Origin: Fibrobacteria bacterium | GTDB lineage: Bacteria > Fibrobacterota > Fibrobacteria > UBA11236 > JADFYW01 | NCBI GenBank assembly: GCA_050294405.1 | Contig: JBNKOC010000019.1 | Coordinates: 29,610-93,609, forward strand | Direction of reading: 5' to 3' | DNA length: 64,000 nt | In this document: positions 47,499 through 56,655 of the stretch, one piece after another | Position numbering within the stretch: the first letter of the stretch is position 1 | Layout of the letters: each line of letters begins with the position of its first letter | The notes under the pieces: generated by a model | The model's input: only the letters and a program-made list of their open reading frames with translations | The model's database searches: none | What the model was told of the DNA's origin: nothing | Made by a program: the position numbers and the translations under genes

Positions 47499-48306
47499 AT
47501 TGCTCCTTTTCCATTTTTTCCCCAGGCCTTTTTCTAGGAAACCAAGGTACAAATGGGCTTGTGGATAACTGGTATTCCAGATACAACCTTCCCCTGGACT
47601 TTAACGCTTGTTTTTCTGTTTCGGGGATTCCGGTGACAAATAAATAGAAATACAGCATAAGGGCTGGTAACATGAGACATAAGAAACCCCAGGGCTCTCC
47701 AAGCACATATAATGCAAAAGAACACCAGGCGATAAATCCAAAAAAGTAATTGGGGTGACGGGAGTACGCCCACAGGCCGGTATTGCACACCTTTCCTTTA
47801 TTTTCGGCTTTGGCTTTGAATGCCTTGAGTTGCATATCCGCTGTGGCCTCCCCAATAATAGCCAAGGCGAATAGCAGCAATGCCCCATATTGAAAAGGTC
47901 CAAAACGAACATCAGGAGAAAGCGCCTGAACCAAAACCGGACTGGCCAGGGCTACGGCTAATACCCCCTGAAAATGGAAAAACAAAAAGAACTTAATATC
48001 CAGGTTGGAAGCCCAGCGTTTTTGAATGGACAGGTAGCGCCCGTCTTCAGGTCCTTTGGCGCTGCGCCCGAAAAGATAGGAAGCAAGGCGAAAAGAATAT
48101 AATGCCATGAGTATCGCCAAAAGACCCGTTTTGGCATTTTGCCAATATAGGGTACCCCAGTACCCTATAGAAACCAGGCCAATTCCAGCAGCCCAGGCAG
48201 TATCCACCCAGCTAGCCTTGGTTGTCTTTTTATAAGCCCAAAAAACCAGATTCATGACCACAAACATCAGGAATAGATTAATTGCTATACTCGTATAAAT
48301 GCTCAT
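47491..48306 (-). CDS. DUF1295 (steroid 5-alpha-reductase-like) membrane protein
   Basis: WVDTAW, EDGRY, EATADMQL, GLWAYSRHPNYF, TGIPETE, TSPFVPW. Confidence 0.9.
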   Translation of the reverse strand: MSIYTSIAINLFLMFVVMNLVFWAYKKTTKASWVDTAWAAGIGLVSIGYWGTLYWQNAKTGLLAILMALYSFRLASYLFGRSAKGPEDGRYLSIQKRWASNLDIKFFLFFHFQGVLAVALASPVLVQALSPDVRFGPFQYGALLLFALAIIGEATADMQLKAFKAKAENKGKVCNTGLWAYSRHPNYFFGFIAWCSFALYVLGEPWGFLCLMLPALMLYFYLFVTGIPETEKQALKSRGRLYLEYQLSTSPFVPWFPRKRPGEKMEKEQYV

Positions 48307-48307
48307 G

Positions 48308-48775
48308 TTATTTCACCGATAAATTTTTAAGCGATGTGGATATTAAAATTTTTTCTGTAATGAAAATCGCCAATAGCACTACTGGAAATAAAAATAACCA
48401 GCTAATAACCCCATAGGCCTGTTGCAATACCAGGCTTAAACCGGACTCCCAAAACTCAGTTCCCGAAAAAGGATTTAATTTGGAAATATCCAGTGGGTAG
48501 CTGTCTTTTCCAAATACAAAGCGTCCTGTATTTATAAAGGGGATTATGGCTATTATCTGCAAGGGATAAACGGCCTGCAATGCGAGCTGAACCAGTAACT
48601 GATTAAGGCCCATGAGTTTTGCTGTCACGATACCCAGGACCGTAGTAGCCCCAATCACCGGAAAGATACCTAAATAAGCACCAAGACAAACTGCCTGAGA
48701 AATTTTTCGAGGACTTAACCCTTCTAAAAGCAGTTGCTTAACAGTGCTTTTTATTTTTCCCAAAGGATTTTTCAT
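48308..48775 (-). CDS. DUF2062 membrane protein
   Basis: GLSPRKIS...GIFPVIGATT...LNQ...YPLQI. Confidence 0.75.
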   Translation of the reverse strand: MKNPLGKIKSTVKQLLLEGLSPRKISQAVCLGAYLGIFPVIGATTVLGIVTAKLMGLNQLLVQLALQAVYPLQIIAIIPFINTGRFVFGKDSYPLDISKLNPFSGTEFWESGLSLVLQQAYGVISWLFLFPVVLLAIFITEKILISTSLKNLSVK

Positions 48776-48779
48776 AACC

Positions 48780-49112
48780 CTATCTACGAAAAATATCTGT
48801 CCAGGGTTGATCTTTTTTCAATTTTTGCAATTGCCAAAACATATACCCTGAAATGGCAAAATTTCCCATAGTAAAAATAAACAAAAACCAGCCCAATCGT
48901 TTTAGCCATCCGCTTTCTTTGTAAACAACGAAAACGAAAAAAGCCACGAAGCCAAAATAGGCATCCATAAGGGTGGCTCTGCCCCAAGCGTCTTCCCAAA
49001 TGCGAGCCCCACCCACAAAAACATTTTCCACTAAGCTGGCTTCAATGGTTTGCCAAAGCAAACTTAAAAAAACCAACGCAAAAATAATTTTCAGTAAAAG
49101 TTTGGAATCCAT
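48780..49112 (-). CDS. DUF1475 membrane protein
   Basis: WGRATLMDAYFGF...YKE...MGNFA. Confidence 0.8.
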   Translation of the reverse strand: MDSKLLLKIIFALVFLSLLWQTIEASLVENVFVGGARIWEDAWGRATLMDAYFGFVAFFVFVVYKESGWLKRLGWFLFIFTMGNFAISGYMFWQLQKLKKDQPWTDIFRR

Positions 49113-50341
49113 TATTTCTCATAACATAGTTGCGATGTTCCCAAATAGCCTGTGTCAAAACCTGCCTGGCAATACACCATGTAATAAATCCACAAGTTGA
49201 AAAAATAAGAATCATATCCATGGGGTTTTATTTTTTCCCAGTTGGCTGTAAAACTCTGTTTCCAAAGACCTAGCGTTTGGGCGTAATGCTTGCCCATTTC
49301 AAAATCTTCCAGTTGTTTAAAACCGACTTTTTCACAGGCATTTTCCTTTAATACTTTGCGGGATGGAACACAACTCCCCGGAAAAATATACCTCTGGATA
49401 AAATCGCAGCTTTTGCGGTATTCCTCGTATTGCTCGTCATTAATGGTAATGGATTGAAGGGCAAAACGTCCACCTGGTTTCAATATGGAATAACATTTTT
49501 CAAAAAAACCCTGCAAATACTCGTGGCCCACAGCCTCTATCATTTCCACCGAGACGATGGCATCAAACTGGCCTTCAATATTTCGATAGTCCATAAGTTT
49601 AATTTCAACCATTTCTTCGAGACCTTCTTCTCGTATGCGGTTATTTACATAAGCAAATTGTTCTTTGGATAAAGTCAAACTGGTTACTTTACATTTTTTC
49701 AATTTTGCAAGACTAAGAGCCATGTATCCCCAGCCAGAACCAATTTCTAGCACATGGTCCCCTTCAGATACATTCGCTTTTTCCATTAAGCGCAACACTT
49801 TTCCCTTTTGGGCTTCTTCAAGGGGTTGGTTTCTCGATTCGAACAAAGCGCATGAATACATCATAGTGCTGTCCAAAAACCGAGTATACAATTCGTTTCC
49901 CAAATCGTAATGTTGCTGAATGTTTTGTTTACTTCCACTTAAGGTGTTTTTGCGGAATTTGTGGTATAACTTTTGAACCACTTCTCCAACCCAACTTAAG
50001 CCATAGCCATGATCTTTGGCGTATTCAAAGTTTTGCACAAACAATTTTAATGTTTCTAACAAATCGGGCGACTCCCAATACCCCTCACAGTAAGAGGTTC
50101 CAAAACCAACATCCCCGTTCCAAAGCAGGGAATTGAAAAAGCGGTTGTCTTTTACGCGCATCACTCCTTGATAGCCTCTGTTATTTTGAGGTTTTATAAT
50201 TTCTCTGCCATCCGGAAGTATTAGCCTTAAGCTGCCAATTTTCCATTGTCCTAGGTAATCCAGAAAAAACTTCAAACCTAACTTCTGAGAGACGGAAAGG
50301 TTTATTTTGCCGGTTTCATAACTGGCGGCGGTAGATATCAT
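49112..50341 (-). CDS. cfa: Cyclopropane-fatty-acyl-phospholipid synthase family methyltransferase (UfaM-like)
   Basis: GDVGFGTSY, NIQQHYDLGN, MMYSCA, LEIGSGWG, SVEMIEAVG, DFIQRYIFPG, YCQAGF. Confidence 0.9.
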   Translation of the reverse strand: MISTAASYETGKINLSVSQKLGLKFFLDYLGQWKIGSLRLILPDGREIIKPQNNRGYQGVMRVKDNRFFNSLLWNGDVGFGTSYCEGYWESPDLLETLKLFVQNFEYAKDHGYGLSWVGEVVQKLYHKFRKNTLSGSKQNIQQHYDLGNELYTRFLDSTMMYSCALFESRNQPLEEAQKGKVLRLMEKANVSEGDHVLEIGSGWGYMALSLAKLKKCKVTSLTLSKEQFAYVNNRIREEGLEEMVEIKLMDYRNIEGQFDAIVSVEMIEAVGHEYLQGFFEKCYSILKPGGRFALQSITINDEQYEEYRKSCDFIQRYIFPGSCVPSRKVLKENACEKVGFKQLEDFEMGKHYAQTLGLWKQSFTANWEKIKPHGYDSYFFNLWIYYMVYCQAGFDTGYLGTSQLCYEK

Positions 50342-51210
50342 GTTTGTCTCCTGTGCTTTTTGGCGGAGTTGGAAAACATGTGTTGAAGTTTTTCCAGATA
50401 ATCTCCGGTAAGCAATCTTTGTAAAAAAACAGGTTTAGTGTAGCATTGGGTTTTGTCCGAAATAGGAACAGGCTTATCGAATACATGGAGCTTTTTAAAA
50501 AAGTATAACTTGAAAGCCTGCCAACCTATTCTGGAGGTGGTTAAAAAAACAGCTGGAGTATTTTTTAACAAAATTTTTAAAATTCCCGCTTTGCTAAATG
50601 GAATAGCTTTTCCTTTTACAAAACTAGAAAAAAACATTTGGCTGTCTTTGATTAAGTTAATTTCAATAAAAAACTCCTCACCCGACTCTTTTAGCTTTAA
50701 AGCATATTCTCCTTCCACCTTATTAAAAGGAGAAACATGGAATTTTTTTTGAATTGTCCAAAAAAAAGCGCCATCTGAATTTTTTGCGCTCGCTACATCT
50801 ACCCGATAGATATGCTTTTCCCCGAATGTGTTATTTATTTCAAGAATTAAATCAAAAAAATTCCCTTTTCGGTCTTTTCCTATGTAGAAGTTAACTGGAT
50901 TGAATCCAAAAGAAGCGATGGCTGGAGAAGTAATCAAATAGGTTTTGAAGGGTTTAGCGCCCCAGTTCCATTTTTCATACAATAAGCCTAACTTAGAATT
51001 GATGGAATCCTTTCCAGGAAGCAGGTAATTTTTTGGGGAAACTTTTAATAAGCTGGCTCTATCTGCACTTGCCACCGGATAAAGATTTGAAAATTCATTT
51101 GATGAATTTAAATCCAAAACAAATAGCAGCATATTGTAGCTGAATTTATGTTCCACAGGGTTGCTTCGCCTGTGGTATACATGGGCATCCACTACGCCTG
51201 CTTTCACCAA
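50338..51210 (-). CDS. DUF1365 protein (UfaO-like)
   Basis: HRR..P..HKFSY, FNPVNFY, EINNTFGEKH, KKFHVSPF, IGWQAFKL. Confidence 0.88.
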   Translation of the reverse strand: MVKAGVVDAHVYHRRSNPVEHKFSYNMLLFVLDLNSSNEFSNLYPVASADRASLLKVSPKNYLLPGKDSINSKLGLLYEKWNWGAKPFKTYLITSPAIASFGFNPVNFYIGKDRKGNFFDLILEINNTFGEKHIYRVDVASAKNSDGAFFWTIQKKFHVSPFNKVEGEYALKLKESGEEFFIEINLIKDSQMFFSSFVKGKAIPFSKAGILKILLKNTPAVFLTTSRIGWQAFKLYFFKKLHVFDKPVPISDKTQCYTKPVFLQRLLTGDYLEKLQHMFSNSAKKHRRQT

Positions 51211-52475
51211 TCCACTCCGAAATATTTTGTGGCTAGATCTACGGAAGACTTGATTCCATCTTCATGAAAACCAAATCCGAAATAACTGCCACAGAAGTAA
51301 CTATTGTTTTTTCCATTCAGATTTTTGATTTCTTCTCTGGCTTTAAGGGACTCCACGGTAAAAGTGGGGTGGTTAAAATGCACCTCACGAATGATTTTAT
51401 CCTCTTTAATCTTACCTGGTTGGTTCAGAGTCACAAAATACTGGTTCTTCGCCTTAAAGCCCTGAAGTTGGTTCATTTGGTATGTCATGGTAACCGGATT
51501 TTTTCCCTCTTTTGACTTTTCCCGATAAAAATTCCAGCTAGCCCAGGACCTTTTGCCTTCAGGCATCACCTGTGAATCGCTGTGAAGGACCACGGAATTT
51601 TTTTGATACTCCCACACTCCAAAGTTCTTTCTTTCTTCCTCTGTTGGGTTTTCCAGAAGACTCAAAACTTGGTCCGCATGAAGGGAAAAAATAACTTTAT
51701 CAAAATCCATAGGCTCAGCCTGTCCGTTTTTAAAATGGATGCGCACACCTTTTTCATTTCTTTCCACATGGCTAATCTGCGAAGAGTTATGTATGGTCCC
51801 CTTAAAATTTGTTGTAAATTTTTTCAAATAACTGTGGCTTCCTCCCACTACGGTTTGCCATTGGGGCCTTTGGTAAAGATTAAATAGCCCGTGGTTCTTA
51901 AAGAAAGATAAAAAGGATTCCGCCGGAAAAGTCATCATTTCTGCCTGAGAAGTTGACCAAATAGAAGCCCCCATAGGGACTATGTAATGATCGATGAGAC
52001 TTGAAGAAATGTTTAACTTTTTCAAAAATTCTCCCAGGCTGAGCCCTTTCACCGATTCCGGGATTTCGATACTTTTTAACGCCCGAGAATTAAAGCTGAT
52101 GAGCTCCAGCATGAATTTCCAATAGGAAGGCTTTATCCCGTTATTTCCGGCCAATAAAAAGGACGCTAGGGAATCAAAGCTGTATTGGAAGTTTGAATTT
52201 TCGCAATAATACCCAAAGGACATATTTGTATCCCGAACTTCAACCTGGAGCTGGTTGAAAAATTTATGGAGGTTGGGGTAATTCCAGTTGTTGCAGACAA
52301 TAAAACCCATATCGATTCCAATCCCGGCATCGGGGCCTTGCTCCAGTACGACTGTGTAAGTGTGCCCTCCAATTTTCAGCTCTTTTTCAAACAAGTGAAC
52401 TTCATGGGAATTCTGCAGCATATGGGCTATGCTCACCCCAGAAATCCCAGCTCCAATTACGGCTATTTTCTCCAT
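51204..52475 (-). CDS. FAD-dependent oxidoreductase, amine-oxidase-like (UfaD-like)
   Basis: IAVIGAGISG, IGGH, DMGFIVCN..NYP, WASWN, TYQMNQLQ, CGSYFGFGFHEDG. Confidence 0.9.
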   Translation of the reverse strand: MEKIAVIGAGISGVSIAHMLQNSHEVHLFEKELKIGGHTYTVVLEQGPDAGIGIDMGFIVCNNWNYPNLHKFFNQLQVEVRDTNMSFGYYCENSNFQYSFDSLASFLLAGNNGIKPSYWKFMLELISFNSRALKSIEIPESVKGLSLGEFLKKLNISSSLIDHYIVPMGASIWSTSQAEMMTFPAESFLSFFKNHGLFNLYQRPQWQTVVGGSHSYLKKFTTNFKGTIHNSSQISHVERNEKGVRIHFKNGQAEPMDFDKVIFSLHADQVLSLLENPTEEERKNFGVWEYQKNSVVLHSDSQVMPEGKRSWASWNFYREKSKEGKNPVTMTYQMNQLQGFKAKNQYFVTLNQPGKIKEDKIIREVHFNHPTFTVESLKAREEIKNLNGKNNSYFCGSYFGFGFHEDGIKSSVDLATKYFGVDW

Positions 52476-52503
52476 ATTCCTTACTTTTGGTTCGTTTTGC
52501 CTA

Positions 52504-52532
52504 TCTACGGGGGGAACAAAGAATTAGTTGGA
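52504..52532 (-). promoter_or_regulatory. Putative ECF-sigma promoter for the ufa/cfa operon
   Basis: Minus strand TCCAAC-17 nt-CGTAGA about 30 nt upstream of the oxidoreductase ATG. Confidence 0.55.
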
Positions 52533-52576
52533 TTTTTTTTTAGACTTTTCAACTCTGGCTGTCGTAGACAAGTCAA

Positions 52577-53227
52577 ATGCTAGTTATATTGTCAGAACCA
52601 AAAAGTAAACAGTCCGGAGCCAGCTCTCTGGAAACAGGAGGTAAAAAAATCTCTTCCGGCGGACAACAAATAGATTCTACCCCTGCTGTTTTGTTGCAGG
52701 AAGTGGCAAACGGCAATAAAAGGGCGTTCCAGCAGTTGTATGGAATTTATTCTCAGCCCATAGCCAGTTTCCTTTCGAAAAGAACCAATTTGTCAGAACA
52801 AATTGAAGAAATACTGCAGGAGATATTTTTGACCATTTGGAAAAAGGCCAGCTACTATAATTCGGCAAAGGGCAATCCGGAGCAATGGATTTTTACCATA
52901 GCCAGGAATAAACTTTACGATTACTGGAGAAAAGTAGATAGGCTGGGCGAAACCATTCAGTCAGACTGGGACCATTTTGCAGATTGGGAAAATTTTATTC
53001 CCGGGGAACTCTCTGTGAGTTTGGAAAGCGCTATGAATACATTGACCGAGGATTACAGGCAGATTATAAAAATGGTTTATTTTGAGGGGTACACACAAAA
53101 AGAGTGCTCTGAAAAAATGGGACAACCGCTGGGAACAGTTAAATGGAAAATCCCTAAAGCGCTAGGTCAGTTAAAAAAGGAATTAGAAAAAAAAAGTTTG
53201 AGGTATGAATATGAAACATCCGGCTGA
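52577..53227 (+). CDS. rpoE: ECF RNA polymerase sigma factor (RpoE type)
   Basis: AFQQLY, EEILQEIFLTIWKKA, WIFTIARN, YFEGYTQKE...GQPLGTVKW. Confidence 0.88.
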   Translation: MLVILSEPKSKQSGASSLETGGKKISSGGQQIDSTPAVLLQEVANGNKRAFQQLYGIYSQPIASFLSKRTNLSEQIEEILQEIFLTIWKKASYYNSAKGNPEQWIFTIARNKLYDYWRKVDRLGETIQSDWDHFADWENFIPGELSVSLESAMNTLTEDYRQIIKMVYFEGYTQKECSEKMGQPLGTVKWKIPKALGQLKKELEKKSLRYEYETSG

Positions 53228-53888
53228 GTCTTATTTAAGAGATTTTGCCTCAGGCTGTCAAGACATAACCATGAGGCTGTTGGTGGAAACCCACCTGCAT
53301 TTTTGTAACGAATGTTCGGATAAAGTCCAGAGCATGAGAAATAGATTTATAAAAGGAATAGAAGCTGAAAAAAGCCAGAGCCCTGATTTGGATTTCGATA
53401 AAATATTCAATCAACTCTCCGAAGAGATTGTCGATCATCCGGGAATAGATGTTCAAAACCATTTTGACAGTAACATTTTACCGGATTTTTTAAATGCCGA
53501 AATTATGGATGAAAAACAATGGAAGTGGACAAGCATGTGGCCATCTAAAGGAAAAATAGGCACTGTCCTCACAGACAAATCTACAGGATTTTCCCTCCAC
53601 CTTGGCTATTTTGCCCCGGATGTTAAGACTCCAGGCCATAAGCACAACGAGGATGAAATAACGGTTATGTTAAAGGGCGGCTACAGCTACAATGACAAAG
53701 ACGTAAATGTGGGAGACTGGGATATTGCTCCTAAGGGAACGGAACACTCTCCCATTATTCACCCCGATGAGGAATGTTGGTGCCTGGTTAGGGCAAAAAC
53801 ATCCGGGGCCATTGATTTTACAGGTATCTCAGCCTGGAGAAAGCCCATTATTATGGGAATGAACATGGCTGAAAAATATTTATCCTAG
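53205..53888 (+). CDS. chrR: ChrR-family zinc anti-sigma factor with cupin domain
   Basis: HP...FASG...ETHLHFCNEC (ZAS HxxxCxxC); cupin PGHKH..DEITVMLKGG...GD...EHSP...CWCL. Confidence 0.85.
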   Translation: MNMKHPAESYLRDFASGCQDITMRLLVETHLHFCNECSDKVQSMRNRFIKGIEAEKSQSPDLDFDKIFNQLSEEIVDHPGIDVQNHFDSNILPDFLNAEIMDEKQWKWTSMWPSKGKIGTVLTDKSTGFSLHLGYFAPDVKTPGHKHNEDEITVMLKGGYSYNDKDVNVGDWDIAPKGTEHSPIIHPDEECWCLVRAKTSGAIDFTGISAWRKPIIMGMNMAEKYLS

Positions 53889-53912
53889 AAACTCAGAACC
53901 GGAAAATTCCCT

Positions 53913-54626
53913 ATGAAAACATCAGCTGTATTAGCCACTGCACTTGTTTTGATTCAAATTAGTAAAGCCAAGCCCAGTCTGGAAAAAGTTCAGGGGAAAA
54001 CCTTTGACTTAAGAACCAACAATTTAATATATGTGGAAAATAGAGTTAGAAATTATTTTAATTCAAATCTACTCAACGCCCAGGTTTGGTATGTTACTCA
54101 GGAAAAAGATACTTTAGCCCAAAAAAAACTGACATACAAACATTCAGCTTTGAGACCCGATGTAGAGTTTAATCAATTTCAAAATGATTACTATTTAAAA
54201 GTAGTTAACGAGGCGAATACCGTACATATTACTTTTAAAGAGGGAAAAACAAAATTTGAAAAATCAATATCAGTACCCGAAAATGCGGTTATTGATGGAG
54301 GGATCAGGAATTTTGTGATTGGCAATTTGGAGAAAATTCTAAACAACAATACTCTTAGTTTTCCTCTGGTAGTTCCCGAGAGAGCAGCCTATTATTACTT
54401 TGAAGTTAAAATGGAAAAAAAAATTGATAACAATACCATTTTATTTTCCATGAGTCCGAAAAATGTATTCCTTTCCCTGTTAGCTCCAAAGATTGAATTC
54501 TATTATAATATCCCTTCTCAGGAATTAGAACTCTACACGGGTATTTCCGATATTAAAGATAAAAAAGGAAAAAACCTGCAGGTTAAAATAGAATACTCCA
54601 AAGAAACCCTGCCCGCAAAGCTTTAA
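53913..54626 (+). CDS. Secreted hypothetical protein
   Basis: Signal peptide; AVIDGG..NFV, LSLLAP, YTGISDI. Confidence 0.6.
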   Translation: MKTSAVLATALVLIQISKAKPSLEKVQGKTFDLRTNNLIYVENRVRNYFNSNLLNAQVWYVTQEKDTLAQKKLTYKHSALRPDVEFNQFQNDYYLKVVNEANTVHITFKEGKTKFEKSISVPENAVIDGGIRNFVIGNLEKILNNNTLSFPLVVPERAAYYYFEVKMEKKIDNNTILFSMSPKNVFLSLLAPKIEFYYNIPSQELELYTGISDIKDKKGKNLQVKIEYSKETLPAKL

Positions 54627-54632
54627 ACCACA

Positions 54633-55922
54633 TTAAGAAAGAGCCTTGGAATACGTATCCAAAGCTCTCTGACGGGCAAATTTATGGTCCACAATTGGCT
54701 CTGGGTAATTTTTAGAATTTAATTCGGGTATATATTTATTAGCATAGCTTAAATCTGAATCAAATTTTTTCAATTGTTCATGAGGGTTGAATATGCGAAA
54801 ATAAGGAGCCGCATCGCAGCCGGTCCCAGCCGCCCACTGCCAGTTTCCATTATTGGAAGATAATTCATAATCCAGTAACTTTTGGGCGAAGTACTTTTCT
54901 CCCCAGCGCCAATCCACCAGCAGATGTTTACACAAAAAACTAGCCGTTACCATGCGAACCCTGTTATGCATGTATCCTGTTTCATTTAATTGACGCATGC
55001 CCGCATCCACCATAGGATAGCCGGTTTTACCAAGGGTCCAAAGCTTAAATTCGGCTTTGTTATTTCTCCAGCTAATGTTATCGTATTTTTGCTTGAAGGA
55101 AGAGTTTATGACATTAGGGAAGTGAAATAATATTTGCATGAAAAACTCCCTCCATATAAGTTCATTGAAAAATGCGGGGTTATCCAGCGCATAATTTCTA
55201 ATAATTTTTCTGAGGCTAATAGTACCAAACCTTAAATGAGGGCCTAAATAGCTGGTGCAATCCAGGGAGGGAATATTCCTGTTTTCTTCGTATTTATGAA
55301 GAGAATGAGTTTGGATGGGTTTCACAATCTGGCTAGACGTTTCAAAACTTAGATCTTTTAAACTGGGGAGTTTTTGGCTTTGTGAAAACAGATTTTTAAA
55401 CGCAGGTTTTCCATCTGCTTCTGCCATTTCAACGGAAAATTGAGACAGCCATTTATTTTTGTATGGAGTAAAAACGGTGTAGGGCTGCCCATTGGCTTTT
55501 AGAACTTCAGTTGTTTCAAAAATCACATGATCTTTAAAGGTGAAAAAAGAAATTTGATTTTTCTTTAAAAGGGATACAACTGCCCTGTCTCTTTTTAAAG
55601 CATAAGGCTCGTAATCCCTATTCCAATACACTTTTGATGGCTTGTATTTTTCAATAATTTCCTGCCAAATTTGCTCGGGGTTTCCATAATATATTTTAAG
55701 TCCGCTTCCGTATTTTTCAAAATGATTGTGCAGTTTGGATAAGCTGTCATAAATAAAACTGACCCTCCCATCATTTTTTGGAAGCTTTTCTAAAATTATT
55801 TTATCGAAAATGAAAATGGGAAGAACGGATGGGTTTTCTTTTAAGGCGCAATATAAGGCCTTATTGTCTTCCAAACGAAGGTCTCTTCTAAGCCATAATA
55901 TACATGGAGGAGGTTTCGGCAT
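54633..55922 (-). CDS. phrB: Deoxyribodipyrimidine photolyase (class I/III CPD type)
   Basis: WLRRDLRLEDN, YTVFTPY, PHLRFGTIS, ELIWREFF, GYMHNRVRM, NNGNWQW, DAAPYFRIFNP. Confidence 0.95.
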   Translation of the reverse strand: MPKPPPCILWLRRDLRLEDNKALYCALKENPSVLPIFIFDKIILEKLPKNDGRVSFIYDSLSKLHNHFEKYGSGLKIYYGNPEQIWQEIIEKYKPSKVYWNRDYEPYALKRDRAVVSLLKKNQISFFTFKDHVIFETTEVLKANGQPYTVFTPYKNKWLSQFSVEMAEADGKPAFKNLFSQSQKLPSLKDLSFETSSQIVKPIQTHSLHKYEENRNIPSLDCTSYLGPHLRFGTISLRKIIRNYALDNPAFFNELIWREFFMQILFHFPNVINSSFKQKYDNISWRNNKAEFKLWTLGKTGYPMVDAGMRQLNETGYMHNRVRMVTASFLCKHLLVDWRWGEKYFAQKLLDYELSSNNGNWQWAAGTGCDAAPYFRIFNPHEQLKKFDSDLSYANKYIPELNSKNYPEPIVDHKFARQRALDTYSKALS

Positions 55923-55925
55923 GTA

Positions 55926-56615
55926 TTAAAGGAAATAATAATCTGGGTGAGAAAACAAAGCCATGTATATGGAAATTAATATCAATTTAAGATTTTCATC
56001 CAGCCCATCAAGAACCCAAACCAAACCCTCTTTGCCTAAATGAATGGCCCCAATGTTTTCCTTATTCTGTTCAAATAAATAGCCCTTAAAAAACAATTGG
56101 GAGGAATGTATAGATTCATTTTTCAAATATATTTTGGTGTTTTTATAAGTAAAATATGCGCTATCTGCTAAGTCCATTTTTAGAGAGAGCTTCAAACTGT
56201 CTATCTCTATATCAATCTGGAACGTTTCTTCTCCTCTAACTTTTTCCTGGTATGTATTGGAGTAATGGGTTATTATATCTTTTTGGTAATAAGAACATCG
56301 AACCACTGACTCATTATTTATGGTGTCCCTTACATAGAAGGAATAATCCTGAAACAACTCTTTACTCAATTGGGGGTACTTTCCCTTAAACTCAAGGCCA
56401 GGATTATTTTTTTCCTCCATATTTTTTCGGGGATTAAACGATGTGGATTTATACATTCCCAATTGAAAAAATTGAATGGAGGCCCCCTCCTTTTCTGCCG
56501 CTAGGCCATAACGGGTAAATTCTTCATTAAAATATCGGCTTTCATCTAATCCAGGCCGGATAGAAGAACAGGACAGTAGCCCAATAAACCCGAATAAAAA
56601 ACATATATATCTCAT
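55926..56615 (-). CDS. Hypothetical lipoprotein
   Basis: ATG 56615 gives MRYICFLFGFIGLLSC (lipobox). Confidence 0.6.
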   Translation of the reverse strand: MRYICFLFGFIGLLSCSSIRPGLDESRYFNEEFTRYGLAAEKEGASIQFFQLGMYKSTSFNPRKNMEEKNNPGLEFKGKYPQLSKELFQDYSFYVRDTINNESVVRCSYYQKDIITHYSNTYQEKVRGEETFQIDIEIDSLKLSLKMDLADSAYFTYKNTKIYLKNESIHSSQLFFKGYLFEQNKENIGAIHLGKEGLVWVLDGLDENLKLILISIYMALFSHPDYYFL

Positions 56616-56655
56616 AATTAACGAAGATAAAGAATTCGTTTCCTTTACTGAAAAG

